From: the human T2T-CHM13v2.0 reference genome, Homo sapiens
DNA: 64,000 bases
NCBI RefSeq assembly: GCF_009914755.1
Contig: NC_060935.1
Reading direction: 5' to 3' (one strand)
Part shown: positions 9,996-22,569 of the stretch, piece after piece
How positions within the stretch are numbered: position 1 is the stretch's first letter
Layout of the letters: every line of letters begins with the position of its first letter
Position numbers and translations under genes: made by a program
Notes under the pieces: model-generated
What the model was told of the DNA's origin: nothing
Databases searched by the model: none
What the model saw: the letters and a program-made list of their open reading frames with translations, nothing else

Positions 9996-11470
9996 GTTCA
10001 TTCATTTATTCATTCAGCGAGTATATATTGGATGTCGACTGTTCTAGACCTGTTCTAAATGCTGGAGGGACAGTGTACACAGGAGGTGGCAGGGGACAGA
10101 TAACCTATAATCAAATCAAATAATTGCAGATAATAATAAACAGGAAAATGAACTAGAGATTGACTGGGATGTCATGAGGGAATATTTAAAATTGATACAC
10201 CAAAGGCCTCTCTGAGCTGGAGATACTTGAGTTGAAGCCCAAGTGCTAGGAAGAACTCAGCCATCTGGAGATCTGGAAGGGCGATGTTCCAGGCAGTGAG
10301 AAGGTGGGGGGCTGCTGGGGGGAGCTGGGGAGAGCTGAAGGAGGGAATGGCACAGAGAGGTAGGTGGGACAGATCAGGCAGGCCCGAGGAGGTCATGCCA
10401 AAACACTGTGTCTTTAGTCTAGATGTAATGTGAAGCTGCTGGAAATGATGTCTAATAATGTATTTTCAAAAGCACATGAAAAGTGCTATTTGGAAAATGG
10501 ATTGAAGCAGGACAAGAGCAGAAGGAAGATGAATTAGGAGGCTTTTGCAGAGCTCAGGGGAGGAAGGTGATAGTTTTGTTTCGAGAGGTAGTGTAAATAA
10601 GTACTAGGGTATGGGAAATATTTTGGAGGTAGAGATGATAGCACTTGCTGATAAATTAGATGTGGAAGATGAGAGATGACAGGAATCAAGGATTTCTCCA
10701 GTTTCTGTCTGGAACCACCAGATAGATGGGATGCTAATTATTGTTATGGGGAAGACTCAAGGAACAGGTCGGGATGTGGAAGTGCAGTTAAGAGCTCTGA
10801 GAGAGTTAAAGTGCATTTTTTAAAATTTTATTATTATTATACTTTAAGTTTTAGGGTACATGTGCACAATGTGCAGGTTTGTTACATAGGTATACATGTG
10901 CCATGTTGGTGTGCTGCACCCATTAACTCGTCATTTAGCATTAGGTATATCTCCTAATGCTATCCCTCCCCCCTCCCCCCACCCCACAACAGTCCCCGAA
11001 GTGTGATGTTCCCCTTTCTGTGTCCATGTGTTCTCATTGTTCAATTCCCACCTAAGAGTGACAACATGCGGTGTTTGGTTTTTTGTCCTTGCGATAGTTT
11101 GCTGAGAATGATGGTTTCCAGCTTCATCCATGTCCCTACAAAGGACATGAACTCATCAATTTTTATGGCTGCATAGTATTCCATGGTGTATATGTGCCAC
11201 ATTTTCTTAATCCAGTCTATCATTGTTGGACATTTGGGTTGATTCCAAGTCTTTGCTTTTGTGAATAGTGACGCAATAAACATACGTGTGCATGTGTCTT
11301 TATAGCAGCATGATTTATTATCCAAGTGGAGATGTCATGTATGAGTGGTTAGACTTGAGAGTCATTGGCTAATGGATGTTATTTAGAGTCACAGGACTGG
11401 GTGAAATCAGCAAGGCAGAGAGTGTAGCTAGAGAAGGGAGGAGGGGAAGTCTGGGTCCCCAGGAAGTTCA
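9996..11470 (-). mobile_element. L2 LINE interrupted by L1PA
   Basis: ttcattcatttattcattca tail; purine-rich L2 body; resumes after the L1 with atccaagtggagatgtc. Confidence 0.8.
10816..11323 (-). mobile_element. L1PA (L1PA3-like) 5'-truncated 3' end including the ORF2 C-terminus
   Basis: ORF 11041-11325(-) KDTCTRMFIA...WIKKMWHIYTMEYYAAIK...KTKHRM matches L1 ORF2p C-terminus; canonical primate L1 3' UTR. Confidence 0.97.
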
Positions 11471-12937
11471 TTTGGAGGAATTCTGATCCAAAGCCCCCAG
11501 CCTTTTGGAGGTATATGGTTGCCAGAACAGAGTCACATGAGTAAGGGGTATGAGTAAGGGGTCGGGATGGGGATTTGAGGCAAAAGATTCTTGGGAGAAC
11601 CCCACCTGGAAGAGAGGGATGACGGTTACCTTCTGAACACACATGTAGGGGCGCATGTTGTGCTGGTCCAGCCCCATCCTAGAGGAAGGTGGGATTCTAT
11701 TGTATGCAAACTTTGCTTGCTGAGTGAATATTCCCAAAAGGTAGGTGGCATCAGGCCCCTTATGCCACCAACATATGAATTTGGGGAAGAGGGGAAAATG
11801 GAAGGCGGATGGTGAATTTCCACTCTGAGTGCAATGTGGCTGTCTTCTAGGGAAACCCATATTTCCCCAGGCTTCCTCAGCCTATGCAAAAAGCAGGACA
11901 CATTAACATGAATACCCAAAGGCTTGTTGATTTCCAGAACTGCAAGATCTCAGCCCCCTTCACCTGTAGCAACATCTTCCTTGGTTATTTTTGGGAGTCT
12001 TCAGGACCCTTGACTGTGCTCATGGTCTCTTCATACTGTGTCTATCATAGAACCCCCTGAAGCCACAAAAGGCAGGTAGTTCCCTTCTTCCAATGCCATC
12101 CATTCCTCCCTGCTGAGTTACCATGCCCCCAAAGCTGTAGCACAGGAGGAACCACCTTACACCCCCTTGCTATGCTGGGGTCCACCTGAAATCAACAAGA
12201 TTCTGCTTTTTCCTTCCATGTGCTGCTGTCACCAGGGGAGGGGGGTGGCCACTGACCAGCAGTTCATCACATTCAGCCACATCCTGAGTCCCTTCAGGGT
12301 CTGTCAGATGACTGAATAACTCGAGGAACCACAACGTGTTTACCCTTGTGTCCCCAGCACCTAGCACAGGATCTGCCCCCCACCCAGCACCTGGTTAATT
12401 AATAGCTGACTGAGTGAACAAATGGACAAACAGCTACTAGTGTGTGTAAGGAGAGGAGACCTTTGGAGGTGGCTTACGGAGTGCATGGAAGTCCTTGCCT
12501 AAATGACAGCCATAGGGAAGAGAGAGATGACTGCAGAAGAACTCTCTGCAGGAAACAGAGGGGTCCCAGGCAGATGTAGGGCTAAGGGGCTGTGCCCTCC
12601 CCTGCCTCCGCATACACCTGTTTTAGGAATGATGAGAGAACAAGTAAAGGGAGCAGTGAGGAAGTAGGTAATGATCTCAATTTCACAGCTGGGTGGGTTG
12701 GGATCATGCTGAGGGAGTTAGTTTCTGGGACAGCAAAGAAGCTTCGACTTTGCTCTGTCTTCCTATCTGGTTCATCCAGTCAGGTGCCAAGATGAGTCCA
12801 GCCGGAGAATCCAGGCTCCAGTGCTTTCCTATAGACCCCTTCACTGCATGCAGCCTCCGCCTTCTCAGATGCACTCTGGTTCCAGACCCATGCCCCTCTG
12901 CTCCCCAATATGGCCTCTTTGAAAGACACATGCAATG

Positions 12938-13170
12938 TTAATAATGACAGCCACCATTCATTAAGTTATTTCTGAGTGCTACACACACACAGCCTCCCTC
13001 GTTTAGTCTTAATGTCAACCTCGAGAGGTGAGCACTATTTTTCCTACTTCACAGAGGTAGAAACTGGGTTCAGAAAGGTTAATTTGCCCAAGGTTTTATA
13101 GCTAGTAAGCAATAGAGCCAGAATTCTAGCCAGCTATGTCCAGTTCCAAATTTCACACTCCAAATTATTT
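12938..13170 (-). mobile_element. MIR SINE
   Basis: gaaactgggttcagaaaggttaatttgcccaaggtt...gctagtaag...agagccagaattc. Confidence 0.75.
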
Positions 13171-14065
13171 TGTTATATTAATTCTCAGAATAAACAAATC
13201 ACCACACATCACATAAAGTAGCTGGAGAGGGGGAAGGGACACTTGACCCACAAGCCATTAGCCATGGTATAATCTGCATGCATGAATTCATGTGCCCTGG
13301 GTTCTACATTGAGACATCCAGTCACAAAAGCACCGTCAGATACTGCCTCCTGTTTCCTTAGGAGTTGAACCAATTCTCCTCCTCTCAAGGCAGAATCTCC
13401 TGTCCAGCTGGGCATAGGAAAGCAGATGGCCATTATTCTCCCAGATCTGAGATTCTGGATCTTATCAAATAGAGTCTTTCCTATTCTTCCCCCAAAGATA
13501 GGCAAAATGATTGCTGTGTAGAATGGAACTGGAAGTCTAGGTGCATCCCCAAGGTTTGGAAAGGTTACCAAGTTCCAAGACCAGATCCTCAAACATCTCC
13601 AAAAAAAGAACCAGTCCATCTTCATGTGGCCAGTCTGGCCTCTCTCATCCTAGGGATCGGAGGCCCCCCAGAGCCCCTCCTGTGAACCTTTCTCAATCCC
13701 TGTGAGGCAAGTGCATTCAATCAGTCCCCACAGACCTCCTGGACCAATCCCTGCTGCCCTTTGTGTAGCCCACTTTGTTCAGCAAAAGGGCAGTGGTGGT
13801 TCTTAACGCTGTACCCTGACTGGGATCCTGCTGAGCACTTTCCATTGAGGCCTGCAGGTTTCCTCTTAGTTGTAGTAATTTTCTATTCCTTGGGGCACCT
13901 TTACCTTATCTCTAGGGAAGCTCCATGGATTATAACGATCTCTCTGATTTATCCATCCTGGAGTGCAGACCCCACTTGGAGACATCACAGTGAGCACTTG
14001 CCTTCTGGAATCTTGAATCAAATGAATATGCTTAGAATCCTAAGAAAACCTGAGACTGGGGTATG

Positions 14066-14765
14066 CTACCAGTCAGCATGCTTTAGAATCCATGTTTCAA
14101 AAAAATCTGACTAGCCATGACTTAAACCAGTGCTTTTCAAACTGTAACATGTATTGGAATCACCTAGAGGATCTTTTTGAAATGCAGTTTCTGATTCAGT
14201 ACATCTGGAGTGAAGCCTGAGATTGCATTTCTAGCAAGCTCCCAGGTGATGCTGATGCCTTAAACAACAAGGATTTAACTTTTTAAACATCAAGGATATG
14301 TATTGCTTGTTTATAAAAAGTCTAGAGATAGGTGACCCCAGGATTGCCGCAGCACTCACTGATGTCTCTACCAGGCTTTGTTGGTCTTCTGCTCTGTCAC
14401 CCTCGTCATCACAAGATGGTTACCAAAGCTCCAAGCATCGTGTCTTCACATATCAGTGTCTCAACCAAGAAGGAAAAGTGCAGGGGCAAAAAAATAACTT
14501 TCCCCTTTATCTCTCTTATAATCAGATAGTAAAATCTTTCTCAGAATCCCCCCAGACTTTCACTTACATCTAGGCCACAACAGGGTCCTATAGCCCATCC
14601 CTGGACCAATCACTGTCAACAGGGGTCAGATTGCCACAACTGGCTTAAACCAATTAGTATTCACTCCCTGGGGCTGGGAACATTTTCACCTGAACAAAAA
14701 TCAGAATTATCTTAGCAAGAAAGAAGAATGGCTAACATGTAGGCAGCCAACAGTGGCTTCCCAGA
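14066..14765 (-). mobile_element. MLT1 (J/K/L-type) MaLR solo LTR
   Basis: taccagtcagcatgcttt start; cacaagatggttaccaaagctcca; end taggcagccaacagtg. Confidence 0.7.
14128..14258. mobile_element. MER5A inserted in MLT1
   Basis: cagtgcttttcaaact...ttctgattcagtacatctggagtgaagcctgagattgcatttctagcaagctcccaggtgatgctgatgc, flanked by cttaaac on both sides. Confidence 0.85.
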
Positions 14766-15339
14766 TGTGTGGAAGCCATCTTTGACCCCACTGCCAAGCC
14801 TCTAAACCACTTTGCCCTTGCCTCCAGAGAAGGTTTCAGGCAAAAGGAGAGAAAGGAGGGCAGACCAGCAAAAATTAAAGATGAAAAAAATGTAAGGTTT
14901 TAGGGAGCAGAGTGGGCCACATGGGATCATGCACATAACAACATTTCATAGACAGTAAAATGCCCCAGGAATGCAAGCAGTTGTGGTGGTAGCAATTAGT
15001 ATCACTCCTAGTCCTGTGGAATGTGGGGAACAATGGAAGCAGAAAGAATGTCCTCCCCACAGCCTGTCCCCCAAGCCAGATGACCTCTGTGACTCTGGTG
15101 GGAATTTTCCCTGCTTCTAATTCTCTCCCTCTTTGTTGATTGTAACTGCCCAGTGATCAGCTGATGCTGCTGGCAGGGCTGGGTGGGCTGGCATGAGGCT
15201 TCTGCCAGAGGAGAAAGAGGCATTTGTTGTGGAGGAAGGATTCCTGTTCCCCAGTGGTGAGAAGTCAAAGAGCCAGAGGCTGAGGGTACACTGGGGGCAC
15301 CATGTCCTCTGTCAAAAGGCAGGGCCCTTTGGGCAGAGC

Positions 15340-15938
15340 CCCTGCTGCCCAGGACTTCACACATACTGTTCCTTTCTTCAGAAACCCTCTTCCCAATATA
15401 CTGCTCATGTCTGGCATCTGGCTCCTTCCCAGCTTCAAAAGAAATTGAGCATCCCTCATCCAAAAATCTAAAATCCAAAGTGCTCCAAAATCTGAAACTT
15501 TTTGAGCACTGACATATTACCTAAAGGAAATGCACATTTGGAGCGTTTCAGATTTCAGACTTTCAGATTTGGAATAACTGGTAAGCAGATAATACAAATA
15601 TTCTAAAATCTGAAATCTGAAACACTTCTGGTCCCAAGCATTTCAAATAAGGGATGATCAACCTGTATCCCCTCTGTAGAGAGGCCTTCCTTGGCCTCCA
15701 AATCAAAAGCAGCTTCTCCCTTTTCCTCCTTCACCTCCCCTACTTGTTACTCTCTCTGACAGTGGCTAATTTTTCTTCCTCAGCTTATTCACTACAATTC
15801 ATAATTATTTGCTGATTTATTGTCAATTAACCTGAAAATAAAAAGCAGGGACCATTTTCTTCATGATACCACCTCCTCAGCCCAGGGTATGGCCCATAGT
15901 ATTCTCACAGAAAACATTTGTTCAATGAATGAATGAAT
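15340..15938 (+). mobile_element. L2 3' end interrupted by Tigger4a
   Basis: gagaggccttccttggcc...gcagggaccatt...atttgttcaatgaatgaatgaat tail. Confidence 0.7.
15441..15665. mobile_element. Tigger4a (MER46A) DNA transposon
   Basis: TIRs ttgagcatccct / agggatgatcaacctg followed by TA; repeated aaatc(c/t)gaaa units; acacttctggtcccaagcattt. Confidence 0.9.
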
Positions 15939-16127
15939 ACAGTCAAATCTGTTTTCAGTCTCCAGCATGGGAGAGCCAGAGCCAGCATTTAAATGAGGCA
16001 AAAGAAATTCAGTGTAGCTTCAAGAGGTGAACTTTCCAACCATGGTGCTAGACAACCTCTAGAAGGGATGGGCAAAGCACTGTGACCACACATATATCTG
16101 ACATTCTGGATGAGGTGAGGAGGAGGC

Positions 16128-16629
16128 TCTAATGGTTGATTTCAGGTGTCAACTTGACTGGATGGAGGGATGCCCAGATAGCTGGCAAAGTATTATTTCT
16201 GGGTGTGTCTCTGCAGGTGTTTCTGGGAAAGACTGGCATTTGAATCAGTGGACTGAGTAAGGAAGATCTGTCCTCACCCGATGTGGGTAGGCACCATCCA
16301 ATCCACTGAGGCCTGGGTAGAAGAAACAGCAGAGGAGGGGAAAACTCTCTCTCCCACTTCTGGAGGTGACACCCTTCTTCTGCACTTGCATACAAAAACT
16401 CTAGCTTTTCTGGCTTTGGAACTCTGGGATTCATATCAACAGCCCCTTGGGTTTTCAGGCTGAGTTACACCATCAGTTTCTCCAGCTTGCCGTCTATGTG
16501 AGACTTCTCAGCCTCCACAATCACATTAGCCAATTCCCCTAATAAGTCCTTTTCATGTCCCCTATGTATCTATGCATCTGTGTATCTATCCATCTATCCA
16601 TTCATTCATCTAGCTAGCTAGCTAGCCAG

Positions 16630-16667
<38 letters not shown>

Positions 16668-16721
16668 CATCTATCCATCCACATCTATGGATCTATCTAT
16701 CTAATGTATGTCTCTCCATCC

Positions 16722-16770
<49 letters not shown>

Positions 16771-16871
16771 ATCTATCTATCATCTATCTATCTATCTATC
16801 TATCTGTCTGTCTATCTACCTATCCATCCATCCTATTGCTTCTGCCTCTCTGGAGAGCCCTGACTAGTATA
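16128..16871 (+). mobile_element. MLT2B-type ERVL solo LTR
   Basis: gtgtcaacttgactggat start; ctctggagagccctgactagtata end; 5-bp TSD gaggc (16123-16127 / 16872-16876). Confidence 0.9.
16563..16830. repeat. Compound (TCTA)n/(TC)n/(TCCA)n/(CTAG)n microsatellite inside MLT2
   Basis: Seen directly. Confidence 0.95.
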
Positions 16872-17549
16872 GAGGCCCACTTCACTTCATGGTTAGACAG
16901 CTTCCAGAAGGTGCCACTGGCCTAAGGAAGACATATGATGCAAGTGTCACCCCCACCAGCACCCCCATCTTTAATAGCAGTAATAAATTACCTCATGGTT
17001 AGCTCCTCTGATCCTTGATGTTCCAGCTTCTGCTTCCCAAAACCCCATCAGTTTTGGATGGGTAGGAGGGTTGGGTGGGATCAAGGCTAGGATCCTGGCT
17101 CTAGGTCGTGGTTCACTGGGCCATGTGATGAGTGGGAAATTGACTGGAATGCCAAAATCATGAACCAGAACAGCGAATTCATTCCCCAGCAAGATGGAAG
17201 CTTGATGACAGGGCGGAGCAGAGAGAAACACCAATCACTCACACCTGGCTTAAAGTTTTCACTTAGCTGTCCTGGTGGTAGCTTGAAAGAGCTCCTGCTG
17301 CATCCTGCCTGGTCCAGAGCAACAGGAATAACCACCCAGGTCAGTGAGTGCACAGGAGCTAAATCAAGCAGCAAGTCTTAGAGAAACAATCAGTTGGCCC
17401 CGACCCCTTTCCTGATCATCTTCACTGGTGTGCAGAGAAATTCCTCCAGAAGCTTCATATGATTCCACCATCGCATTGTGATATTAGCCTATGCCAATAA
17501 GCACTGCAGAAAATAAGAGCTAAAGGAAGCTGCAAGTAAAAGCACACTC

Positions 17550-17559
17550 TGTGTGTGTC

Positions 17560-17591
<32 letters not shown>

Positions 17592-17598
17592 TGTGTGT
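17550..17598. repeat. (TG)n microsatellite, interrupted
   Basis: Seen directly. Confidence 0.97.
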
Positions 17599-17704
17599 TG
17601 GGGTACAGGTGGGCAGCCTACACAGAGGTAAGTTAAAGGAACAGATAGAAAGGAGGACTTGTGTCAGGCAGTTGGATATACAATGGTTGGCTACTTTAGG
17701 GGAG

Positions 17705-18060
17705 CATTGTATTCACTCACTCATTCATTCATCCTTCATTCATTCTATGTGTTCTAAGCACACACTTTTCCCCAGGCACTGTGCCAGCCATTGGGTTTGA
17801 ACAATGAACACAGTCCCTGCCCTTGTGGAGCATGTAGGAAGACTCAGAAATTAATCAAAGATTTCCAAATTAAAACTGTGTTAAGTGCCATGATGAGACG
17901 AGATTGTTTAACAGATGTCGGTCAGAGCAAGCTTTCTCAAAGATGTGAGGACAGAACTGACTCTTCAGGAAGAGGAAGAGTAAGGCAAAAAGTATTCTGT
18001 GCAGCAGGAACAATATGTGCGAATATTCGGAGGTAGGAAGGAACAGAATGAAGGCGAATG
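17705..18060 (-). mobile_element. L2 3' fragment
   Basis: cattcattcatccttcattcattc...ccaggcactgtgc...atgaacacagtccctgccctt. Confidence 0.75.
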
Positions 18061-18689
18061 ATGACTTTGAATCTCTTTCGTGACCCAGGAGGATACAGGG
18101 AAGGCAGGCATAAGTGGAGCCCTCCCCAGTACCCAGCCCCTACTCCACCCCAAGATGAGGGCTGGCCAACAGCTGACCAGGAACATGGAAGACCCTGTAG
18201 CCTTGGGTCTCCCTGGAGAGGGAGCTTTGAAGGGTCCCCTAGAAATGTGCTGTGCTGGTCTTGCTTATCCTATGCTGTCCTGGGTGTCACAGAAAGATAT
18301 GGGAAGCCACACTGCTGGCTGACTGGTAATGTAGAGGGCAAGTTACCTGTCAGCATCTCCCTCCACCCCCACCTTGCTAGGAAGGAAGGCACTGTGTGTC
18401 TTCTCCAGGATTCCCTGGCCCAAGAACCAGGGAGCCAAAATGGCTTTTCTTGAACCAGCATTCCAAGATTGCCAGGTGTTTGTTCAAGGCCAGACTTCAC
18501 ACTTCACAGGACCTCATAGGCCATGCTATGGATTTTCTTTTTCTTTGTTCTTTTCTCCTCCTGCATCCCCCTGCTATGTTTTAAATAAACTTTTTAAAAA
18601 TTGAAGTGTGACTTACAGGAAAGGACACAAATCCTAAGCATTCACTTATTTTTCACAAAGTTAGCACACCCTAACATGTGAACACTGAA

Positions 18690-19095
18690 AGACTCCTAGA
18701 ATGTCCCTAGCAACATCATTTGTAACAGCCCTCAAACTGGGAGAAAAACCGCTGATCAGCAATAGAATGAATGAATTAAACATGGTATATTCATACAATG
18801 GAATACTATTCAGCAATAAAAGATGAAAAAACCACAGCTCCATGCAACAAAATGGATGAAGCTTGAAAACATCATACTGAGTGAAATAAGCCAGACTCAA
18901 AAGGACAAGTATTGTATGAGTCCACTTACATGAAATATCTAAAATAGACAAATTCATAGAGATAGAAAGTAGTTCCTATCCTTGGCAGAAAATAGGTTAG
19001 AGAGGCTGGGCAGAAAAGGAAGGGGAATTATTGTTTAATGGGTACACAGTTCCTGTTTGGAGAGATGAAAGTATTTTGGAAACAGATAATTGCAA
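18690..19095 (+). mobile_element. L1M (L1MB-like) 3' segment, opposite orientation to the surrounding L1
   Basis: atggtatattcatacaatggaatactattcagcaataaaa...tgagtgaaataagccagactcaaaaggacaa...ttgtttaatgggtac. Confidence 0.85.
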
Positions 19096-19489
19096 CATTC
19101 TTATAGTCATTTATTATACATATGCACTATTTTATTTTATTTTATTTTATTTTGTGATTATACACCAAGAACTGGAATTGCTGGATCATGATACTCATAT
19201 ATGTAACTACAGACGGTTTTGCCACAAAGTTTTCTAAATTGGTTGTACCAATTTATACTCATATGAATATATGATATTATTCCTTATCTATGCCAAACCA
19301 ACAATTGATGTCCATTTTTTTTACAAATTTAGTTAATTTTGTATGTATAGTGATATTTTATCATGATTTTAATTTATGTATCCCTGATGACCAATTGGTT
19401 GAGCACATTTTCAGGTGTTTATTGGCCATTTGGATATTCTCTTTAGTGAGGAGCATTTTCAAGCTTTTGCCCATTGGAGAAGAAGGGTG

Positions 19490-19685
19490 TCTGTCTCTTT
19501 CTTCCTTCCTTCCTTCTTTTATTTCTTCCTTTCCATTTCCTTCCTTCCCTTCCTTTCTCTCCCTTCCTCCCTCCCTCCCTCCCTTCCTTCCTTCCTTCCT
19601 TCTTTCCTTCTTCCTTCCTCTTGTCCTTCATCTCTCTCTTCCTTTCTTCCTTCCTACCATTCATTCTTTCATTCTTTCTTCTTTC
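19490..19685. repeat. Polypyrimidine (CTTC/CTTT/CCCT)n low-complexity tract
   Basis: Seen directly. Confidence 0.95.
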
Positions 19686-22142
19686 AATGTTTTAAAAATA
19701 TTCTGGAAAAGCATTTTTGTTTTATGTAAGTGTGTGCTATAGAGAATTACTTAGTATTAATAATATGCTATTTATTTTAATCTTTTTCTTTATGGTTAGT
19801 TGCTTTTGTGTGTCTCCAGAAATCATCTATATTGGGGTTATGAAGACAGTCTTCTATGTTACTCTCTAAATGCTTTATTGTTTTACATTTCACTTGAAGT
19901 CTATTATCCCTCTTGGGTAGGTTTTTGCCTTTAGTGAGAGATCGAATTCAAGATTCACTTACCATATACATATCCAATTGATCTAATACCCGTTACTGAA
20001 AACAACACTTTTGCCCTCTGCACAACAGTGTGTTTTTGCCATAGATCTGTGGGCAATATATATTTAGGTCTGTTTCTGGACTCTACATTCGACTTGGCTC
20101 ATGCCACGAATAAGATATTCCTTTACTTACTTTTATAATAAATCTTGATATCTAATCTTTTTCTTCTTCTTCAACTGTGATATTCTTTAAGATTGTCTTA
20201 GCTATTCTTGAATCTTTGCATTTTCATGTAAATTTAAGAATCAGCCTGTCGAGCTTCACATAAGAAATGCTGCTGGCATTTTGGTTGGAAGCACACTAAG
20301 CTTCTAGGGCAATTCAAGGAAAATTGACAAACTTATACAATTGAGTCTTCCAGCAAGAGAACATGTCACATTCCTCCATTACTTAGTTTTTCTATTTTTT
20401 TCTCAGTAATGTTTTATAGTTTTCTTTATATTTGTTTCACTTATTTCAAGTTATTTGATAGCTTTAATACCATTGTAATGGCATCTTTCTTGAATTTCAT
20501 TTCCTAACTGCTTTCTCCTGTTAAATAGAAATGCCAAGACCTTGCTAAAATTACTTATCAATTCTGATAACTTATTTGCATATGCTTTTGGATATTATGC
20601 CTAGCAATCATGTCATTTGTAAATAGTGACAGTTTTCTTTCTTTTCAATCCATATCCTTTTTATTTTTTCATGGCATTATTGCACCTGCTAGTATATCTA
20701 ATATAATGCTGAGGAGAAACTGATAGCAGACATTCTTATCTCATTACTAATCTCAGGAGGAAGCTTTCAATATTTCACCATCAAGTTGAATTTTGGAAGA
20801 GAGCCTTTATCAGAAAAGCAAGTTCCCTTCCATTCCTAGTTTCCTAAGAGCTTCTTTTTTTTTTTTTATCATGAACAGTTGCAAAATTTGTCAAATGCTT
20901 TTTCAATATAAATTGAGATGATTATATAATATGTCCCCTTTATTATATGAATGTAATAGTTATGTTGTTTGATTTTCTAATATTAAAACATTCTTGAATT
21001 TCCAGAATAAACCCTGCATGACCATGATTTATTATTCTTTATATAAATATATTTCTGAATTGAGATTTCTTACCTTTTCTTTATTAGAGCTGTATCTATC
21101 TACATGAGAGATATTACCCTGTAATTTTCTTTTCTTGTAGTATCCTTGTCAAATCTGACATCAAAGTTATGCTGGACTCATAAAATGGTTAAGATATGTC
21201 TCTTTTTTTAGTTTTTGAAAGAGCTTATTTAAGATTGGCAGTTTGTTTTTCTAAAATTTTAAAATAATTTACCAGTGAAGTCATTTGGGTCCAGAGTTTT
21301 GTTTGCAGAAAGCTTAAAATAATTAATTTTTAGCAGTATGTAACAGTTCAGATTTTCTATTTTTTAATGTCAGTTTTGGTAAATTGTGCTTTTTTTCTAG
21401 GAATTTGTCCATTTCATCTAGGTTTTTAAATTTTTTAGTTAAAGTCATTCATAACCTCGTCTTATTGTCTTTGTAATATCTATAGGGTTTGTTGTGATTA
21501 CTCCTTTTTTATTTCTGATATAGGTTATTTGTTCTTCTCCTACTTTCCTGATCAGTCCAGCTAGAGTTTTATAAATTTTCTTAGGCTTTTCAAAAACCCA
21601 AAGTTTGGCTTTATTTATTTTTTATTGTACATTTGTTTTCTATCTATTGATTTCTGCTTTTTATTTTTTCCCTTTAACTTTCCTTGAGATTAATTATTGT
21701 TCTTTTTTTGAGGTTTCTGAAAGGGATACTTAAGTAATTGACATTCAGCCTTTCTTTGCTACTACATGTATTTAACATTATAAAGTTATCTCTTCAGATT
21801 TCTAACACTTAATGTCCTGGCTGCCTTGAGTGGTTGGTCTCTTATACTCCACATAGCCATTTTATAATTTTATCCAGGTTTATACTTCTTACTGGGAGTG
21901 TTAGCCTAATACATAATAATTCATCAGAACCAAAAGAATATCATGGATTTTTAAAAAACATAGTCATAATGGGAAGGAACTGAAATGTTTTAGGTAGTAG
22001 ATGTTCTAATACTGTTTTTAACTTAATAGACTTTATTCTACAAAGTATGACCACTGGAGACTTTTAGCAAAATGATCACATCTGCATTTAAGGATGTTGA
22101 TTATTAGTATAATGAACATTTATTGAGTAACTACTATGTTAG

Positions 22143-22375
22143 GAGGCAGGATAGCAGAGTAATTAGGTATAGACTAGGTATAGTGGAATCAAACTGCCTG
22201 GAGTTTAACACTAGCTCTGATACTTACTAGCTATGTAACCTTGGACAAATTATTTGAATTTTTTGAGCTTTCTAATTTGTAAAATAAGAATAATAATAAT
22301 AGCTACTTCATAAGGTTATTGTGGGAGAGTGAATAAGATAATATCTACCACATCTTGGATAATGCCTAGAATATA
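22143..22375 (+). mobile_element. MIR SINE
   Basis: acttactagctatgtaaccttggacaaatta...tgtaaaataagaataataata. Confidence 0.8.
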
Positions 22376-22540
22376 GTAATAATAGCTAGCACTTACTGAT
22401 TTCTTAATTATTATTCATTGTATTCAAGAGAGAAAATGGGATTCAGAGAGGTAAAGTAACTTGGCCAAGGTCATGCAGCTTATAAATGATAGTGCTAGGA
22501 TTTGAATACAGGTCTAGATGTCTCTAAATCCAATGGCTTA
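22376..22540 (-). mobile_element. MIR SINE
   Basis: cagagaggtaaagtaacttggccaaggtcatgcagc...ggatttgaatacaggtct. Confidence 0.8.
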
Positions 22541-22569
22541 GTGTGAATTAATGTAAGATAAGTTGGTGG

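Larger units (their letters stand above)
18585..21800 (-). mobile_element. Old mammalian L1 (L1M/L1ME-type), 3' UTR plus degraded ORF2
   Basis: Long T-rich segment with L1 motifs: ggttgtaccaatttatactc, tctgtttctggactcta, ttcccttccattcctagtt, tgtccatttcatctaggttt. Confidence 0.85.

Noticed and set aside
11041-11325. Protein-like ORF
   Set aside because: L1 ORF2p C-terminus within a truncated L1; not a host gene and has no true start
19290-19742. Hydrophobic, membrane-like ORFs (also 16704, 23805, 63000)
   Set aside because: Artefacts of simple repeats
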